From positions 147,910-179,909 of the forward strand of contig SVEG01000002.1 in assembly GCA_015057505.1 (NCBI GenBank): a stretch of 32,000 nucleotides of DNA, read 5' to 3'. Below are positions 31,372 through 32,000 of the stretch, piece after piece. Both the position numbers and the translations under genes were made by a program. Under the pieces are notes generated by a model that worked only from the letters and a program-made list of their open reading frames with translations, did not search any database and was not told where the DNA came from. The stretch's first letter is position 1; the number at the start of each line of letters is the position of its first letter. Source of the stretch: Lachnospiraceae bacterium. Lineage in GTDB: Bacteria; Bacillota; Clostridia; Lachnospirales; Lachnospiraceae.

Positions 31372-32000
31372 TTATTCAAGCATCTCTATTTCAACCTGTT
31401 CCTTTATCACATTTCCATTATCATTCTTTATGATATAAACACTTGAAGCCTCATTACATTTTATGTATTTAATCACACCATTTTGTTCTACAAATGCAGT
31501 ATCTGCTTCCATCGCAAGTCCGTCTACAGACTTCTCCAGTATCATTTTATCAAAGCTTTCTACCCGTTCCTCATAATGTGGACAATATGCATAAGGATGG
31601 AAATTTAACAACTCTTCAACCCAACCGTATCCAATAACACCATTCACCCAAAATACTTCACTATCACTGTGTCCGCAGTTAAACCAACACATAGCACCGG
31701 CGCTTATTCCTGTTAAAATTGCAGTATCTTTTAAGTAGATTTCTTTCAACTTACCATCAAGTCCATATTTTCTCCAGACTTCCATCATATAAAAGGTATT
31801 TCCGCCACCTACATAAATAATGTCAGCCCACTCTAATAATTCATCAATCTCTTTTTCCTCATAATTCTTTGTTGCTAAACACAAGGCTTTCACACAACAA
31901 TTCATCTTTTCAAAAGTAATTTTAATATTATCAATATAGCCCTCTGCATCTTTGCTAGCTGTCCCAATAAACAACAAATTATGAATACTTTTATTATCCA
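31372..32000 (-). CDS. Peptidase family S51 (dipeptidase E/cyanophycinase-like). The N-terminus runs off the right edge.
   Basis: GGGNTFYMM and the nucleophile motif GISAGAMCW. The frame stays open upstream of the TTG at 31977 to the window end. Confidence 0.75.
   Translation of the reverse strand, partial: DNKSIHNLLFIGTASKDAEGYIDNIKITFEKMNCCVKALCLATKNYEEKEIDELLEWADIIYVGGGNTFYMMEVWRKYGLDGKLKEIYLKDTAILTGISAGAMCWFNCGHSDSEVFWVNGVIGYGWVEELLNFHPYAYCPHYEERVESFDKMILEKSVDGLAMEADTAFVEQNGVIKYIKCNEASSVYIIKNDNGNVIKEQVEIEMLE

Noticed and set aside
1-32000. CRISPR arrays, tRNA/rRNA genes, integrase/transposase genes and prophage structural genes
   Set aside because: I scanned all intergenic gaps and the ORF list. 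There are no regularly spaced direct repeats, no cloverleaf-like or rRNA-like segments, and no recombinase motifs.

Overview
This is a chromosomal segment from a low-GC Gram-positive bacterium, probably Clostridia or Lachnospiraceae-like. That placement is an inference from GGAGG-type ribosome-binding sites (RBS), a T-box leader, ECF-like sigma/anti-sigma pairs and PL11/PflX-type genes. I found no rRNA, tRNA, CRISPR array, transposase or integrase.

Gene content from left to right:
- A nucleotidyltransferase gene bracketed by two diverged ~150-nt hairpin-rich repeats in inverted orientation.
- A minus-strand string of a short PspA-like gene, a YdjI-like SPFH/zinc-ribbon gene and pcrA.
- A small basic unknown gene.
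- An orphan NMT1/THI5-type ABC substrate-binding lipoprotein, followed by a 772-aa unknown with a cNMP-binding-like N-terminus.
- A sigma-A promoter, a T-box leader and a divergent MetRS-family ligase.
- A ~200-bp imperfect palindrome between convergent genes.
- A flavodiiron protein.
- An AT-rich trio: HExxH protein, HAD-like hydrolase, membrane protein.
- A Fic protein.
- A sigma/anti-sigma pair and a lipoprotein.
- A long minus-strand gene string: membrane protein, small radical SAM, 351-aa unknown, MoxR, DUF58, BatA-like VWA, double-VWA giant, PL11 rhamnogalacturonan-lyase-like propeller, PflX-type radical SAM.
- A partial S51 peptidase at the right edge.

The most unusual observations:
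1. The T-box has no AUG where the specifier should sit, and its tRNA-acceptor bulge reads UGGC. It precedes a MetRS-like protein whose KMSKS loop reads KASSS.
2. The nucleotidyltransferase cassette is flanked by inverted repeats.
3. The MoxR/DUF58/VWA module is extended on both sides by radical SAM enzymes and unknowns.

All functional calls rest on motif recognition by eye. No database search was run.
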